A stretch of DNA of 63,628 nt, filler included, from Choristocarpus tenellus KU-1152 (GCA_964200185.2; 10 parts of 10 records of this genome joined end to end with filler, not necessarily neighbours in it); one strand, 5' to 3'. Counted from the whole stretch's first letter, positions 1 through 13,051 are shown. The notes: generated by a model not told the origin, from the sequence alone. Made by a program: numbers and translations.

Positions 1-1239
1 TAGTTAATGGACGGAATTGTACATGAACAAAAGGGGGATTGAAGTAGACATTACAGTGGAACACAATGGATCTTCATGCATCTGAACTGGGCTGTGCATA
101 CAGGTAGTATAAATTTTAGTACCCGTGTTCCCAGGTGATGAAAAGATGAAAATATCATCTAGAAATTGCCTGTGCACATACATAGACAAATATAACACTT
201 CTCCTGAGCAATTCTCAATTTCATTCCACATCATCTCATACCTCTCTGCAATATCCTTCCGCGATAGCTCCTGTAAAGTCTGGTTCTTCAGCTTTGATTT
301 TCTCCGTTGTTAACAGAAGCCCACCTAGTACTATTTTCAGAAAGGAATCTGAAAACTGGGTGAGGTGTCGCATCCTTGTCTGGAATGATGAGTCGCAGCC
401 TTTGTGGTGTGGCTTCAACCAAGCTTGGTCTAAGATTAGAAAGGTCCTTATTTTCTGTCATGGCAATCAACAACAGGAAGGGTTGGATAACGTTGTGCTT
501 TAAGGATAGGGAATGTTAAATGTGGGATAGACGGTGAAGTGTGAGATACCTACGTCTCCACAAAACAAGAGGAGGGGTTCGTTCGCCTCTCTTTATGGAA
601 TGGACACACCACAAGGTTTGCAGCAGCAGTTCCTGAGGATCTGCACATCACACTGCTCTTCCAAGTACAACAAAATTCCCCTTCACCAAGAAAAACGTGG
701 TCGTTAGTGGAAGGACATAAACAATGACAGAAAACCACAATGTCCACTACGGATGGATTGAATTCCACACTGCGCTGTTACGCCGCTTTCCAATCCATAA
801 TTACTCGCTGTAGCGTCCCAGTTATTCTATCGTTAATCCAAAGAAATTGATGAGAGATTTCAAGATATATCAACGCACAAGGTGTTTCGTTGTTTTACAT
901 ACGCATGATATTGACAGGAAATTGTGGGGCCTTTGCAACTCCTCGACAATTCCCACTTGCATCCTCCTCTCCCTACTCCTTGACTCACCGATACCTTATT
1001 AAGCTTGCCTGACGCACGGATCATTGAGATTAGGGTCGTGTATGCACATGACATGAAAATTCCGTCATTAACTGCAACAGTCAAACCATTCTGAGGCGTG
1101 ATATTACCAGCCAAACACCAATCTCGGTACGATTCCAAGTATTGGTCAGCTCTCAGCGGTGCGGTACCCTTTTGGTTAGTCTGGTTAAGTATTCGCACCA
1201 AGACCATGGGTAGTACAAGAACAATATTGATTTACTCGG

Positions 1240-1654
1240 TGCCTTACACGGCAGGGTTTCGATCTGCATATGTTCCCGATAGGTGATTGACCCCAAGGAG
1301 GGCACAGAGGTCGACCCCTAAATATGGTCACCCACGCAGTGACTCCTGTAAGGGTGACGTTCGCAGGTACCGACCACTTCAATTCACCGTTAGAGTTTGA
1401 CGAAGACTTCTTTGTCGTATTTATGTCAATGACTTAAAATAACTCAGTAAGCTTAATATGGTGATGGAAGGATACAGCGGTGGTCACGATCTATCTTGTC
1501 CTGTACCTGGTTAACCCTTTTCCTTCAAAAGAGGATACATCCCAACCGTCTGCAAAGGTAGACTGTTTCCTCAATATGATTACAGTAAATGGTGCTATAA
1601 GGAGCTGGTACCAACTATTGAAGCACGTTATTCTGCCACAGGGTATCGCCCACC
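1240..1654. repeat. ~415-bp dispersed LTR-like repeat, copy 1
   Basis: Reverse-complement homologue of 9545-9973 (tgccttacacggcagg...tcgccca); TG start; no clear TSD. Confidence 0.6.
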
Positions 1655-2330
1655 CCAAAAAGTAATACAGAGGCTTGTGTCAAACACCACGGGTAGTGAT
1701 AATACTGTCTCATAATATCATCAGTCCTTTGCAATGTGAAACACCAATATACTTTCAACTCTCGTTGGGCAACTCTCAATAGCAAACCCTTAGCAAGTTC
1801 TAACAGACCTGTTCCTCCAGAAAATCAGGACGACGATGGAATGTCTGTGTAAAGAGGGAAGTCTTTCATAGATTTTCAAATAGTGTATTGGCTATTGGTA
1901 TTGATGATGTTACTTCACCTATCCCAAGGACAACCTTGTGAAAAGGCCTGGACTCGTGGAAGATATGGACATGTGAATGATATTATATACAATTTGACAG
2001 TTGTATAGGATCAATAATATAACCGAATGCAGTGAATAATAGTATTGTTGATAAAATATATAGAATCAATAGTGTCCAACTTTATCATAAATAGCGAACA
2101 GTTAGAATATTGTTCCTAAGTTTGCATAGTTATTGTTCATGGTGTTTAAATATAGAAAAGTTATCGTTTGTGATAATTAATAATAGAACTATATTAGAAA
2201 TGGACGTTGTAGATATTTAAAGAAACAATAGTATTGTTATATACATTTTTAAAAAAACATATCTACACTTTATCCCAGTCATTTTTGGGTCAAGCCCATC
2301 CTCAATTTTTGAAATCGGCCGGTATATATA

Positions 2331-3500
2331 TTGTTTTATTATTTTGCCACCTGACATTTTGTAGATGTCTTACGAGAAAATCTAGTGAAAACTATTCACA
2401 TAGGAGAAAAACCTGTAAATTAGTACCAGTCAGAAATGTGAAAAATGTTGATATATTTTGTCTAAGCCCTATACCACAGGCGAGGAGCTAGGGGAAGCAT
2501 CCCAAAAATCTTACAAGAGCCCCTCCTTGCTCATCTCCCTGGTGACTCCAGTTTTAAACGCATGAACCCATCTAGATAGTTCTACTTGCGTTGTGAATGA
2601 GACTATCTGGCATAGGCGAAATTTGACGACCCCTTTTCTCCTGTAGCCTCCAGTTCCTCTCCCCCCTACGTTATAGCTAGCTCATCCAGGAACCTTTCTG
2701 CTTACTTGCCGAGGCGCCCACCGCAAAGGTGTTGAAGTTCTAACTACGAGGGCTCTTTTGACCCTCGTAGTGGGTGCGCTTTCGCGCCTCAGCTGCAGCA
2801 GCAACTACACCATTGCTGGTGGATGAGAGTGGGAGGTGGGAGGTTGCCTGTACTTCCGTGAACGTAACATCTAGTAGAAGACCTTGTCCTGGTAGGGCGC
2901 TGATCATGCGTCTACGAGTGCCCCTGCATGGAAGACTAGACCCATGCGGAAATTCCTGTTTACAGTGAAGGGATTACCATCCTCTGTAGTGCAAGGGATG
3001 CCCATGCCCTTGCATAGTTGACTGGGATGTTTCACCATAGGGGCGTGTTATCGCACCTGGCATCCTACCCTGGGGAAGGTATGGGCATGTCTGCTGTCGA
3101 CATTTTGCCTCCTGCACCCAGTCACTGTGCACCTGTTTGACAGGGTCTCCTCCCTCCTTAGGGATCTGTTGGCGGTGATTTTGAACTCTGCGAGGGGGAT
3201 CTGGCATGCCGACTCCAGGGGTTGTGTTGAGGTCCTTGCATTTGCCCCTTGTCCACACTAGCTCCGGTGGCGTGCTAGGGCTAATTGAAGAGCTTTCTTT
3301 CCCCTGTTGTATTTCATTTGGAAGGCTGGCCAGTTGTGTCCGGAAGGAATCAAAACTAGTCCTGTTCAGGGGGCGAGTAATCTCATGTTGAGCCGTCCTT
3401 GTGATCCTGGCATCATGGTCTCCCAGAATGTGAACCTCTGGGATAGGTGTGGGGGATGTTGTTCCCCCCCAGGTTACCCAGTCTTGGCCAATGATTTCCG
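2331..3500 (-). mobile_element. 5'-truncated, decayed CRE-clade (RLE) non-LTR retrotransposon
   Basis: Colinear with about 30703-31950. Minus strand encodes SSTSNGVVAAAAEARKRTHYEG-like RLE C-terminus. Carries the shared 3' UTR ending in an AATAATAA tail. Confidence 0.8.
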
Positions 3501-3960
3501 CTAGGTATGTTTCATACGAGCTACAGTATTGAATATATAGATGGAAAGGAGGTGATCATTTGAGAAATCAAAACAGGTTGGGAGTGTGGATGAAAGATTA
3601 ACTAGTTGATGGCTTGAAAGTAGAATTGGTACTTGGGAACTTAATATAAATGAATGGAGTGGGGTGGTAGAGGGTGATGACAGATAGAAGAAAATGAACA
3701 AAAGTCAAAGGTCTTGAGGAAGAAGGAATACTGGGTCAGTGTTCAGGCAACGTTCTGATCAATTTATTCAACAGGGAAGGTCCCTACGTATTGTTGAGAA
3801 ACTTTATCATTTGTAGGACATAATGGTTATGTGTGGAAAATAAGCTATGAATTACGGTAATCTGTAACCGATAGCATCTAGACAAAGGTTCATGTCTTAG
3901 CGGGTTATATATTAAGATGTGATAAATTTAAGATCCACATGTTCGGGACATTTTTCTATG

Positions 3961-4160
3961 TCATATTATTATGCCATCTAACATTTTGCACATCTGTCAA
4001 AGGAAACACAATGAAAAAACAATCAACAGTCAGAACAACCCCCAAAAAAGGAACAGTTGTCATGAATGTGAAAAAAAAATATCATCTACTTAATATTTTA
4101 CTATCACCTATGCTACACTGTTGCCCTCTTGTGCCTCCAACCTAGCTTGGTCCTGCACCC
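3961..4160 (-). mobile_element. 3'-end fragment of the CRE-like element
   Basis: Matches about 30708-30910 (attattatgcc...cctccaaccta...tcctgcaccc). Confidence 0.75.
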
Positions 4161-5453
4161 TATATCGTAATTGAGGTTTCTGGGAACGCTAGAAGTGATT
4201 CCTTCCAGTGATTATAGAAACGCCAGGTGCAAAACCAAGCCCCACCATCTATAATAAAACATCACTCTTCTTTTTAACCATCTCATTACATTTCATTGTG
4301 TGTGTTGGTTCATCGGTATATAGGAAATTGGAAGAACGTACAGGTGTGATGATCTTTCCCCTCTGAAACATCTTTGAGTTTATGTCTCCGTTGTTCTGTG
4401 AGATGTATGTCTATCTGTGTTACTGTGTGGTACACCATGTTTGTTGTGGATGTATCTGAGTGTGAATATAGTGGTGTGTGTGTGTGTTATGCTCTTAGCG
4501 CATACATATGTGTCTGTCTCTGTAAGACTGTGTGGCATGCAATGTTTGTTTTGTTTATGTGTCTGTGTGCAATATGTGTACACACATGTTAAGATTTGTT
4601 TTATTCCGGCCTGCTTTCTTATATAACACGCATGTGTTTGGTACTGCTAAGTTTTGAAGGCTAGGTCACGTAGTAGTTACAGTGTAGTACTCTTGAGATA
4701 GTGTCGAAGACCCAAGATTTGAAAGAACACATGGCGTGATTAGAGGTAGCCCACACATATGCACGGACAAGGTGTTGTGGTTTGAAGTGTCATAGTCGAA
4801 ACAATAGTGGTAACAGTATTTTTAGTGGCGAGTAGCACACGGGTATTACTTACACATTTGCAATTTTACATGTATAAGGTGTGATCTGTCATTGTGTGGT
4901 GGCACTCAAGAGGTAGAGAACGTATCAGAAAAGTGTTGTTCTTGCCTGTTCAGGGTGGAAGAAACTCCTTGTATTCCCACTTCAACCTTGCTTCATGTTG
5001 TGTTTGAATCAGGACCAGAGTGGTATATTCGTATCCTAAGACACAGTTTTCAGAAAGTGCGTCAAGTCCATTGTGTTTTCACTTTTTCCAGCATAAGGGA
5101 GAAGCTGGCAATGAGACGAGGCAGGAGATGGTTGTCGGCCATGATATCTGCATAGTAATATGCTATTAGCTCACGATTATTCTAATTACAGCGACGGGCA
5201 CACAACTATATTTGATGTGTGGGAGAGAGTCGTCAGATCTGTTGTCCACCTGCCACCAACAGGTCCAAATTGTGCATTTATAAACTATCGACACATCCCA
5301 CCTTCAACACAATTAAATTGTATATGACTGTACTTTTTGTGGTGAAACAGTACAGATTAGTTCATAAGAGGATGCGCAATACACGATAAAGAGGATAGTA
5401 GCGTCTTATCACACACACACACAGAGTTGTAATATCACTACTGGTGTCGTTTT

Positions 5454-5483
5454 GTATATATATATATGTATATATATGTATAT
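5454..5483. repeat. (TA)n microsatellite
   Basis: Direct inspection. Confidence 0.8.
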
Positions 5484-7273
5484 AAACTACTGTAATATAC
5501 ATTTACACTTCTCTTCTTTCTCTTCACAAAATACTTCCAATATACCACTGATTATCTATTGACATCCATGTTCACATCATTGGTTAAACAATATATGTTG
5601 TGCCCTGTTCATACACCAAGCAACCCAGCAAGAAAAACTGGGAAATATATCAGAAGGTGTTGTAATGTCGCAGCATTATGTGTGTCGTTACCTCTGAGTG
5701 ACACAATCCCGCATGTTGTGGCTAGCGAGAGATGATCCATAGCTTCTCTGACATTCACCAATGTCATACAACCATCGTTTTTGAGATGGGAATACACATT
5801 GCCTTGATTTCGTTTGTGTGACAACAACAGTAACCGGGGGTAGTATATTCTGCTTCGCACACGCAGAGGAGAATTATGTGAATATAGTATACGCGCAACA
5901 TTTTTATGGAATCAACAACATACACAGAATAAAGTGAATAAAATACGCACATGACATCGACTCCATGCACACCTTTTCCGAAAATTTCTATATGCATACA
6001 TCCCACAACCGTAACACATGGGATGGGGGGGGGGGAGGGGTTTTGTAGGGGACTTTCCCCCTCGTTTGTGTAAATATTTTTGCGCGTTTTCATCATTTTC
6101 TTCTCTTGGTAAGCCTTGGAGTTTTTGCAAATGCAGTCATGTTCATTATGGCAGAGACTCAGCTATCTCACCTGACCTAAAGATTCAGATGCTTAAACCT
6201 GAAGTGCTTAAAAGGCTCTGTACTGTGGTTGTATCGTGTGGACACTCCTCCAGGCATTATGAGTAATGTCACAATGAGGTTCATGGCTGGAAATTGTGAT
6301 AGTAAATATACGTCACACCAAAGCAATAGTTAAGGTCGCCCAAGCCACCAGCACTACCAATCCCACTGCCTGCTGAATGCTGTTTTCTCTGGAGACTTAT
6401 TCTCTTGCATCCTTTGCTCATTGCTTTCTTCTCTTTCTGTCTTGTTTCTTGGCGATAGTTTTTTTTTAAGTGTTGTTGTGAATCGAAAGAATATATGTGC
6501 AGAAGTTAAATCGACTAAAAAATATTGATGTACATGAAAATAACCGAACCGTGCGCAAGTGTGGAGAGCAGCGCTGCGAGGCGGACGGCCCTCTGGATGG
6601 TAAAGGGCCTTGCCAGGGACGATTTTTTTGGAGGTACTCTTCATTTGTGTGCTCTTTCCCCACTACTGCATATAACTTGATGTTTTGTTCCCAGAGGCTT
6701 TTTGTACATGCATGTTTTAATGTTTTGGAGAAAAAAAATGGACTGAAAGAGTTCTCAGGGGGGAAAATTATGGAATAAGGAGTGATGTACATTATATTTT
6801 ACATTTCTTTAATCTATTTTCTGTTTGTGTGTGTTGTGACTACACAATTGCTGTTACAGTATCCAGGTGGTATTTTATTGCTGTTGCCCTTCTTCACAGC
6901 CTTACATGCATCCACCAGGTGTAACGAAGGAATACAACAAGCTGCATATTATCGGTTCCAGTCTGTTCAGTTTGGTAGTTCCGATATTGAGGTGTTGAGA
7001 ACATGCATTCTGAGTCTGCATGTGTAGCGCAAATGGCCAAAATGCGGCAGACAAGTTCAGCCAGGGGAGGGAATTCGCATTTCCTTTCCCTCCACCACCA
7101 CTTTATTGAAAGGGCCATTGCAAGCTACAGTGTCCAAGTCAATTGGAAGGAGCCCTCCCTTCAACCTTGAACTCATGATCCTCTTAACATGTTGCAGTCA
7201 GTACACAGGGGAAACCCCCTTGTCTTTGGAGACCCTCACTGAAATATTTTTTCCAATTTTTCGCACAAAATTT

Positions 7274-7534
7274 GAGCCAAAGCATCTTAGAGGGTAGAAC
7301 CGCGTCCATTCGGAGGTCAATATCCAATGTTATGGTTTTGATGTAATTTTGGCCATCGTGTTTGTTACGAAGTGTCAATATCTATGTTTCGGACACTCTT
7401 TTTCATAACGTATGCATTTTACCCACTCCTAAACACATGTTGGAGTAGGAAAATGTCATCAAAAAAAACATGGAAAGCCAAGCCCCAAATGGATAAACAG
7501 GACAAAACTCGTACCCTCTAAGATACTTTAACTC
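7274..7534 (+). mobile_element. MITE family A copy (TSD TTT)
   Basis: TIRs gagccaaagcatcttagagggta / taccctctaagatactttaactc; internal sequence shared with 11 other copies. Confidence 0.9.
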
Positions 7535-7654
7535 TTTTTGAAAACCTTGCCCTATCTCCAACCCTAACCCCAACCCTACCCAGCCAAGGAAAGATTGTAG
7601 AAGTGGAATATTATTCTGAGACTCTTTAACTCTTTTTGAAAACCTTGCCCTATC

Positions 7655-7911
7655 GAGTGAACGTATCTTAGATTGTACGAATTTCCCCCTGTTTGTCCGT
7701 TTGGGGCTTGGCGTCCCACAGGTGTTTTATGACAATTTTCTACTCCGATATGTTTCGGAATATGCAAAATGTATACGTTACGAAAGGGATTGTCCGGAAC
7801 AGGTATATTGACACTTCCTAACAAACACGATGATCAAAATTACATCAAAATCGGAACATTGAATTTTAGGTTGAAATGGACGCGACTTTACCCTCCAAGA
7901 TACTTTGACTC
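7655..7911 (-). mobile_element. MITE family A copy (TSD ATC; paralogous empty site at ~7550)
   Basis: Filled site ccctatc[element]atctccaac versus empty site ccctatctccaac. Confidence 0.92.
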
Positions 7912-8024
7912 ATCTCCAACCCTAACCCTGAGCCTACCCAGCCAAGGAAAGATTGTAGAAGTGGAATATTATTGTGTGGACCACAACCACCACTTTTCAC
8001 TTTTTCACACTCATTTTCAAGGAT

Positions 8025-8054
8025 CTAACCCTAACCCTAACCCTAACCCTAACC
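8025..8054. repeat. Interstitial telomere-type repeat (CTAACC)5
   Basis: Five perfect units, internal to the contig. Confidence 0.85.
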
Positions 8055-8059
8055 TGTGT

Positions 8060-8318
8060 GAGTGAAGAGTATCTTAGAGGGTACGAATTTCCCCCTGTTT
8101 GTCCGTTTGGGGCTTGGCTTCCCACAGGTGTTTTAGACATTTTCCTACTCTGATATATTTCGGAATAGGTAAAATGTATACGTTACGAAAGGGTTTGTCC
8201 GGAACAAGTATATTGACACTTCCTAACAAACACGATAATCAAAATTACATCAAAATCGGAACATTGAATTTTAGGTTCAAATGGACGCGATATTACCCTC
8301 TCTAAGATACTTTAACTC
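8060..8318 (-). mobile_element. MITE family A copy
   Basis: TIRs present; closely similar to 7655-7911. Confidence 0.9.
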
Positions 8319-9544
8319 TGACCAGTGTGCAAAATAACCCTATATGCTTCGTTTGAAGAAGCGAAAAATGGTTTGACAGTAGGGGTTGCCAAGGACAGCG
8401 GGGGTTCCCGATGACGGGGGGATTCCCCTGTGCACTTCACATATGCAGAGACATTATAGTCTCACTTTCTCGATGTCGAGATCTGAGCGAAGAGTGTCTC
8501 CAGTCCCCACACTATCATTCCATCACATGATATTTATTGTAACAGGGGCAGATAGAGTACTCTATCTTCTCCTTCTCCTCATGCTATGAAGACCTGTCCC
8601 TAAATTATTTGACGTGTTGACTGATCGTAACTACTACTTTGTATCAAGAAACTGATGAAGGGTGGATTTTGGCCGACGAACAGTTTGCTCTCTACGGAAT
8701 ATCAGGAGAAGACTATAAGATGGTTCAACGAAAATCGCCCCATGACAAATTACCATCAAGTTTTTCCTCGAGATATTCACTTTCCCTTGGTCCAAGTTTT
8801 TCTGCTACGAAAGTCAACCTAACATCGAATGAGAGGGAACACTCAAACAGGAAAAAGATCGAGGGTTGAAAGCAAACCGCCAATTGTTTCCAATCGTAGT
8901 TGTTGGAAAATGCTATCGGATATAATTTTCTAGAAGGTAGCTGGCGGACAAAGGATGTGTAATTTTTGAGATGACGTACAATCACGTTAACACCATTCAG
9001 AACATGCTTTCCCTTACACTACTGTTTACATGTGTAGGTACGAATCTTGCTGTTGTCACTACTGTAAAACAGGTGGAAACCGACTCACACCTTCAGACTT
9101 TAGGGGTCAGAGAAGACCCATAGGAGGAACAGAAGAGAGAGAGAGACAAGGCAGGAGGGTAAGCAACCCTCATAAGTCGTTCAGGAAAGGAGTGAAGAAA
9201 GATATATGTGAATGAGGGGGGGTTGTGACCTCCATTCAACCACCCCATATTAATCTCATCAAAACAATATTGATGTCATACGAGGAAACAAGAGTCTATA
9301 ATTACGTTGTAAGGGAGCGACAAAGTCATAGGTATGTATGTGTTGGGATGAAGGTGGTTATTTGTAAGGTTGATTTCCCAATTATTTTTTATATACTTGC
9401 GAACAAATTTACTGTGGTTCGAAGTTCATATGATTACTTTGACATAACAATATTTCCATAATGTTTATTGTACAATACTATTCATTCGATTACGTTATAC
9501 TTATTAATCGTATAAACTTCGAAACTGTCCCATCATATCCTTTA

Positions 9545-9973
9545 TGTTGGGCGATGCCCTATGACACAATAGTGCGCTTCAATAGTTGGTAGCAGCTCCT
9601 TACAACACCATCTACTATAATCATATTGGGTACATATTTTACCTCTGCAAAACCGTTATGGTGTATCCTCCTTTGAAGGAAAAGGGCTAAGTCTAGGTAC
9701 AGGACAAGATAGATGTGGTAACCTCCACTGTATCCTTCCATCACAATGTTAAGCTTACTGAGTCGTTTTATGTCATCATTGACATATATGCATACGACAA
9801 AGAAGTCTTCGTCAAACTAGAATGGTGGATTGAAGTGGTCGGTACCTGCGAACTTCACCTTCACAGGAGTCACTGCGTCGGTGATCTGATTTAGGGGTCG
9901 ACCTCTATGCCCTCTTTGGGGTCAATCCACCTATCAGGAACATCTGCAGATAGGAACCCTGCCGTGTAAGGCA
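9545..9973. repeat. ~430-bp dispersed LTR-like repeat, copy 2
   Basis: TG...CA termini; inverted homologue of 1240-1654. Confidence 0.6.
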
Positions 9974-9974
9974 T

Positions 9975-10032
9975 GAAGAGAAGGGCGGGAGGCTACAGCA
10001 GGAAAGTAGCTGTCAAATCCCGTTTACCACAG
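9975..10032 (+). mobile_element. Short internal fragment of the CRE-like element
   Basis: Encodes RRAGGYSRKVAVKSRL, matching GRGAGGYSRKGIVKFHL in 30896-31309. Confidence 0.55.
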
Positions 10033-10068
10033 GTATAATAGAATGAAATCTTTAGTTAGAACGTATCC

Positions 10069-10327
10069 GAGCCAGAGTATCTTAGAGGGTAAAGCCGCGT
10101 CCATTTGAGGGCTAAAACCCAATGTTGCGATTTTGATGTAATTTCGGCTATCGTGTTTGTTAGGAAGTATCAATATCCATGTTTCGGACACACATTTTCA
10201 TAGCGTATACACTTTCCCTTCTCCGAAACATTATGGAGTAGGAAAATGTCATGAATGAACCCATGGGAAGTCAAGCCCCAAATGGACAAACAGGGCAAAA
10301 CTCGTACCCTCTAAAATAATTTCACTC
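10069..10327 (+). mobile_element. MITE family A copy (TSD ATCC)
   Basis: gtatcc|gagcc...cactc|atccgc. Confidence 0.9.
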
Positions 10328-10611
10328 ATCCGCATCCCATGCATACTGCCCTGTGCACTATATGATGATGACTTACCTTTGCTATTTGCAAGGTTTATAT
10401 TATAGTTAAATCTGATACACGTGGGAGATATTCTTCAACATATAAGCTCAGTCATACGTGACAAAAATGAGTTGACTACGAATTGGACTTGAGGCTTCTT
10501 TAATTTTTTTCGTGGGTCAAACCCTGATATTTAGTTTCATAGTTTCTCGATTGCAAGGTGTTGCCCCCTGTTCTCTTACAATTCACTCTCCAACAGGTCT
10601 ACTTTGACACA

Positions 10612-10871
10612 GAGTGAAAGTATCTTAGAGGGTACGAGTTTTGCCCTGTTTGTCCATTTGGGGCTTGACTTCCCACGTTTTGTTTAAAAGACATTTTCCT
10701 TCTCCAAACTGTTTCACAGTAGGTAAAATGTATACATTATGAAAAGGTGTGTCCGGAACAAGGATATTGGCACTTCCTAACAAAACCGATAGCCAACATT
10801 ACATCAAAATCGAAACATTGGACTTTGACCCACAAACGGACGCGACTCTTCCCTCTAAGATACTTTGACTC
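10612..10871 (-). mobile_element. MITE family A copy (TSD ACA or ACACA)
   Basis: gacaca|gagtgaaagtatcttagaggg...tactttgactc|acacat. Confidence 0.92.
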
Positions 10872-11479
10872 ACACATTGGGATGGGACATGTACAGAGTT
10901 ACTACATCCACAAGCCTCTACTCAGAGGGGACTTAGGGTTAGGAAGAGCATTTCAAATTGCCAAAGTCATTTCCACTTGAACCCTTTCGTTTTGGTGCAA
11001 TTGCTTTCTATGGCATAATGTGGTCTGAACTTTTCCATTTGAGGCTCAGCCTAAGCCATCACCGACCTTGAGCGATTTAGTCAACGGAACTACAACTGCA
11101 AGTGGACACAGAGAGGGTATTTATGCTTCCCCCATTGTTATTGCACCAGTCCATCTTAGCGTATTATTCACTCCTTTCACAGATTGAATGGGTAGTGCTA
11201 CAAATAGAAGTTTGGAACAAACAGGAAAACTGAATAGTATTTAGATAACGCGAGAAAGACTCAACTAAGTGGGGGTTCATCTGTACTTGGTGTATTGTGA
11301 AACGTGGAAATTATCCCAAAATTTCTTAGGACTGGTTAGTCGGTTGTTCTTCCCTCTGATCTAGAATGCGTAGAAGAGAGAACAAGGAACAAAACAGGGA
11401 CAAAATCAACCACAAAGCATCATAACAAAATAAGCACCCCTACCACTTCAGAATATGCAATGGGCATGCCCAGGTACTC

Positions 11480-12150
11480 TGAAGACGGTGAGGGTGGGTT
11501 CCTGCCTAAGTGTGGTGCCAAACCATCTGCCTGATATGCCCTTCTTAAATGTGGAGGATGGTAGCAGGAATGTCATGATGTGTGCCAGACTATGAGCCAC
11601 CGTGGTGAAGATGAGTGAAAGTATCTTAGAGGGTACGAGTTTTGCCCTGTTTGTCTATTTGGGGCTTGGCTTCTCATGGGTTTTCTCATTACATTTTCCC
11701 ACTCCTTTCATGTTTTGGAGTAGGTAAAATGTATACGTTATGAAAAGGTGTGTTCGGAACAAGGATAGCCACAATGACATCAAAATCGCAAAATTGGATT
11801 TTGGCCCCCAAATGGACGCAACTCTACCCTCTAAGATAATTGGCTCAGATGGGTCACTTGGATGGTGACTACCATTCCACGACCAATGACTCCATAGAAC
11901 ATTTTTTGGAGTGTGTGGCTGGTGTATCCTTCAACTAGGCAAAAGTCAAGGATGCCATGAATCTAACTCAGTATTGGGGTCTATGCCAAGTTCAGACAGC
12001 TAAAAGAAAGCTTGGAGGAGACGCACAGGATATCAAGGATCAAACCCAAGGGGGACATGCAGGGTATACCCACTTATCAATTGTCTACCTATTCCATGGT
12101 GCGCCGGTTCCTGTACCTCAAGTCTGCCATCTTTATCCACAAGAATATTA
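11480..12150 (+). pseudogene. hAT-superfamily transposase remnant, interrupted by a MITE
   Basis: VEDGSRNVMMCARL resembles TDNGSNMVKA; SIEHFLECVA resembles CxAHxL; PTYQLSTYSMVRRFLYLKSAI resembles PTRWNSTYxMLxRFLxLKxAI. Stops and a frameshift are present. Outer limits approximate. Confidence 0.55.
11613..11846 (-). mobile_element. MITE family A copy with internal deletion (TSD AGAT)
   Basis: gaagat|gagtg...ggctc|agatgg. Removing the element plus 4 bp restores the hAT reading frame. Confidence 0.9.
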
Positions 12151-12197
12151 TTAATGATGGTCACCTCCAAGGACGTTAACATTTGCGCAGGAGGTAA

Positions 12198-12218
12198 GAC
12201 CCAAAGTATCTGGGAGGG
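12198..12218 (+). mobile_element. MITE family B TIR cut by contig end
   Basis: gacccaaagtatctgggaggg. Confidence 0.75.
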
Positions 12219-12318
12219 NNNNNNNNNNNNNNNNNNNNNNNNNNNNNNNNNNNNNNNNNNNNTTAATTAATTAANNNNNNNNNNNNNNNNNNNNNNNNNN
12301 NNNNNNNNNNNNNNNNNN
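12219..12318. other. Artificial contig linker
   Basis: N44-TTAATTAATTAA-N44. Confidence 0.98.
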
Positions 12319-13051
12319 CTCCATAAATAATTTACCGTAACTGTCCGATAGAGTTGGAAGAGTCTAATCGAACAAGAGGTTGGTGAGAAGGAGTAAGCGA
12401 GGCAGGATACAGAGGAGGAGGCAGAGGTTGAGGAAAAGATGGATGGATTAGAGTATGCGCGGCTCATTAAACTTGGACGGATTATTCGAGTCCATAAATC
12501 AGGAAGACGAGTAGGACTTGTAACATAGGGTGAAGAGGATGCGTATAGGACTATACTACATGAACGGTGATATAATTCCCCTCCTTTTGCCGGGTTCTAT
12601 TGATCGGTACAACACAGCGAAAGTTTGAATCAATCTGTTCGACGAGTAATTTTGCAATATAAAAACCGGAGAACCCTGTGACAATGTACGGTGTCAAACT
12701 GTCTAACGTCAGTAAGATCTGTGAGGGTCTAGGTTGTGTGTTTGTTGTAGGGAACGATGTTTGATGTTAACGTATGGCAATGTTGTACAATGATGTAATT
12801 GCTTGCCTGTGTGTTCGTCACTGGTGTTCAGGGTAACACCCTTCAGAGTATTTGACGATGTCCAGGTATTTTGTACCCTCCTCCACATCCTCCCTCAACT
12901 ACACGAGGTCCCGTTTCACCTGCGGATTTTATGGGGTTACATTAATGTGCGCGATCAGGGTGTTTATTGTGAGGTGGCATGATACGAACTCATATACGGT
13001 GGACAGATGAGATGATGAACCTCACACTCCGTTGAGTACCTCCTCACTGAG

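Noticed and set aside
1-780. Fragmented minus-strand ORFs as a gene or transposase
   Set aside because: No recognisable motif or consistent exon structure.
4374-4626. Cys/Val-rich ORFs
   Set aside because: Products of TG-rich low-complexity sequence.
8025-8054. True chromosome telomere
   Set aside because: Only five units and internal to a contig.
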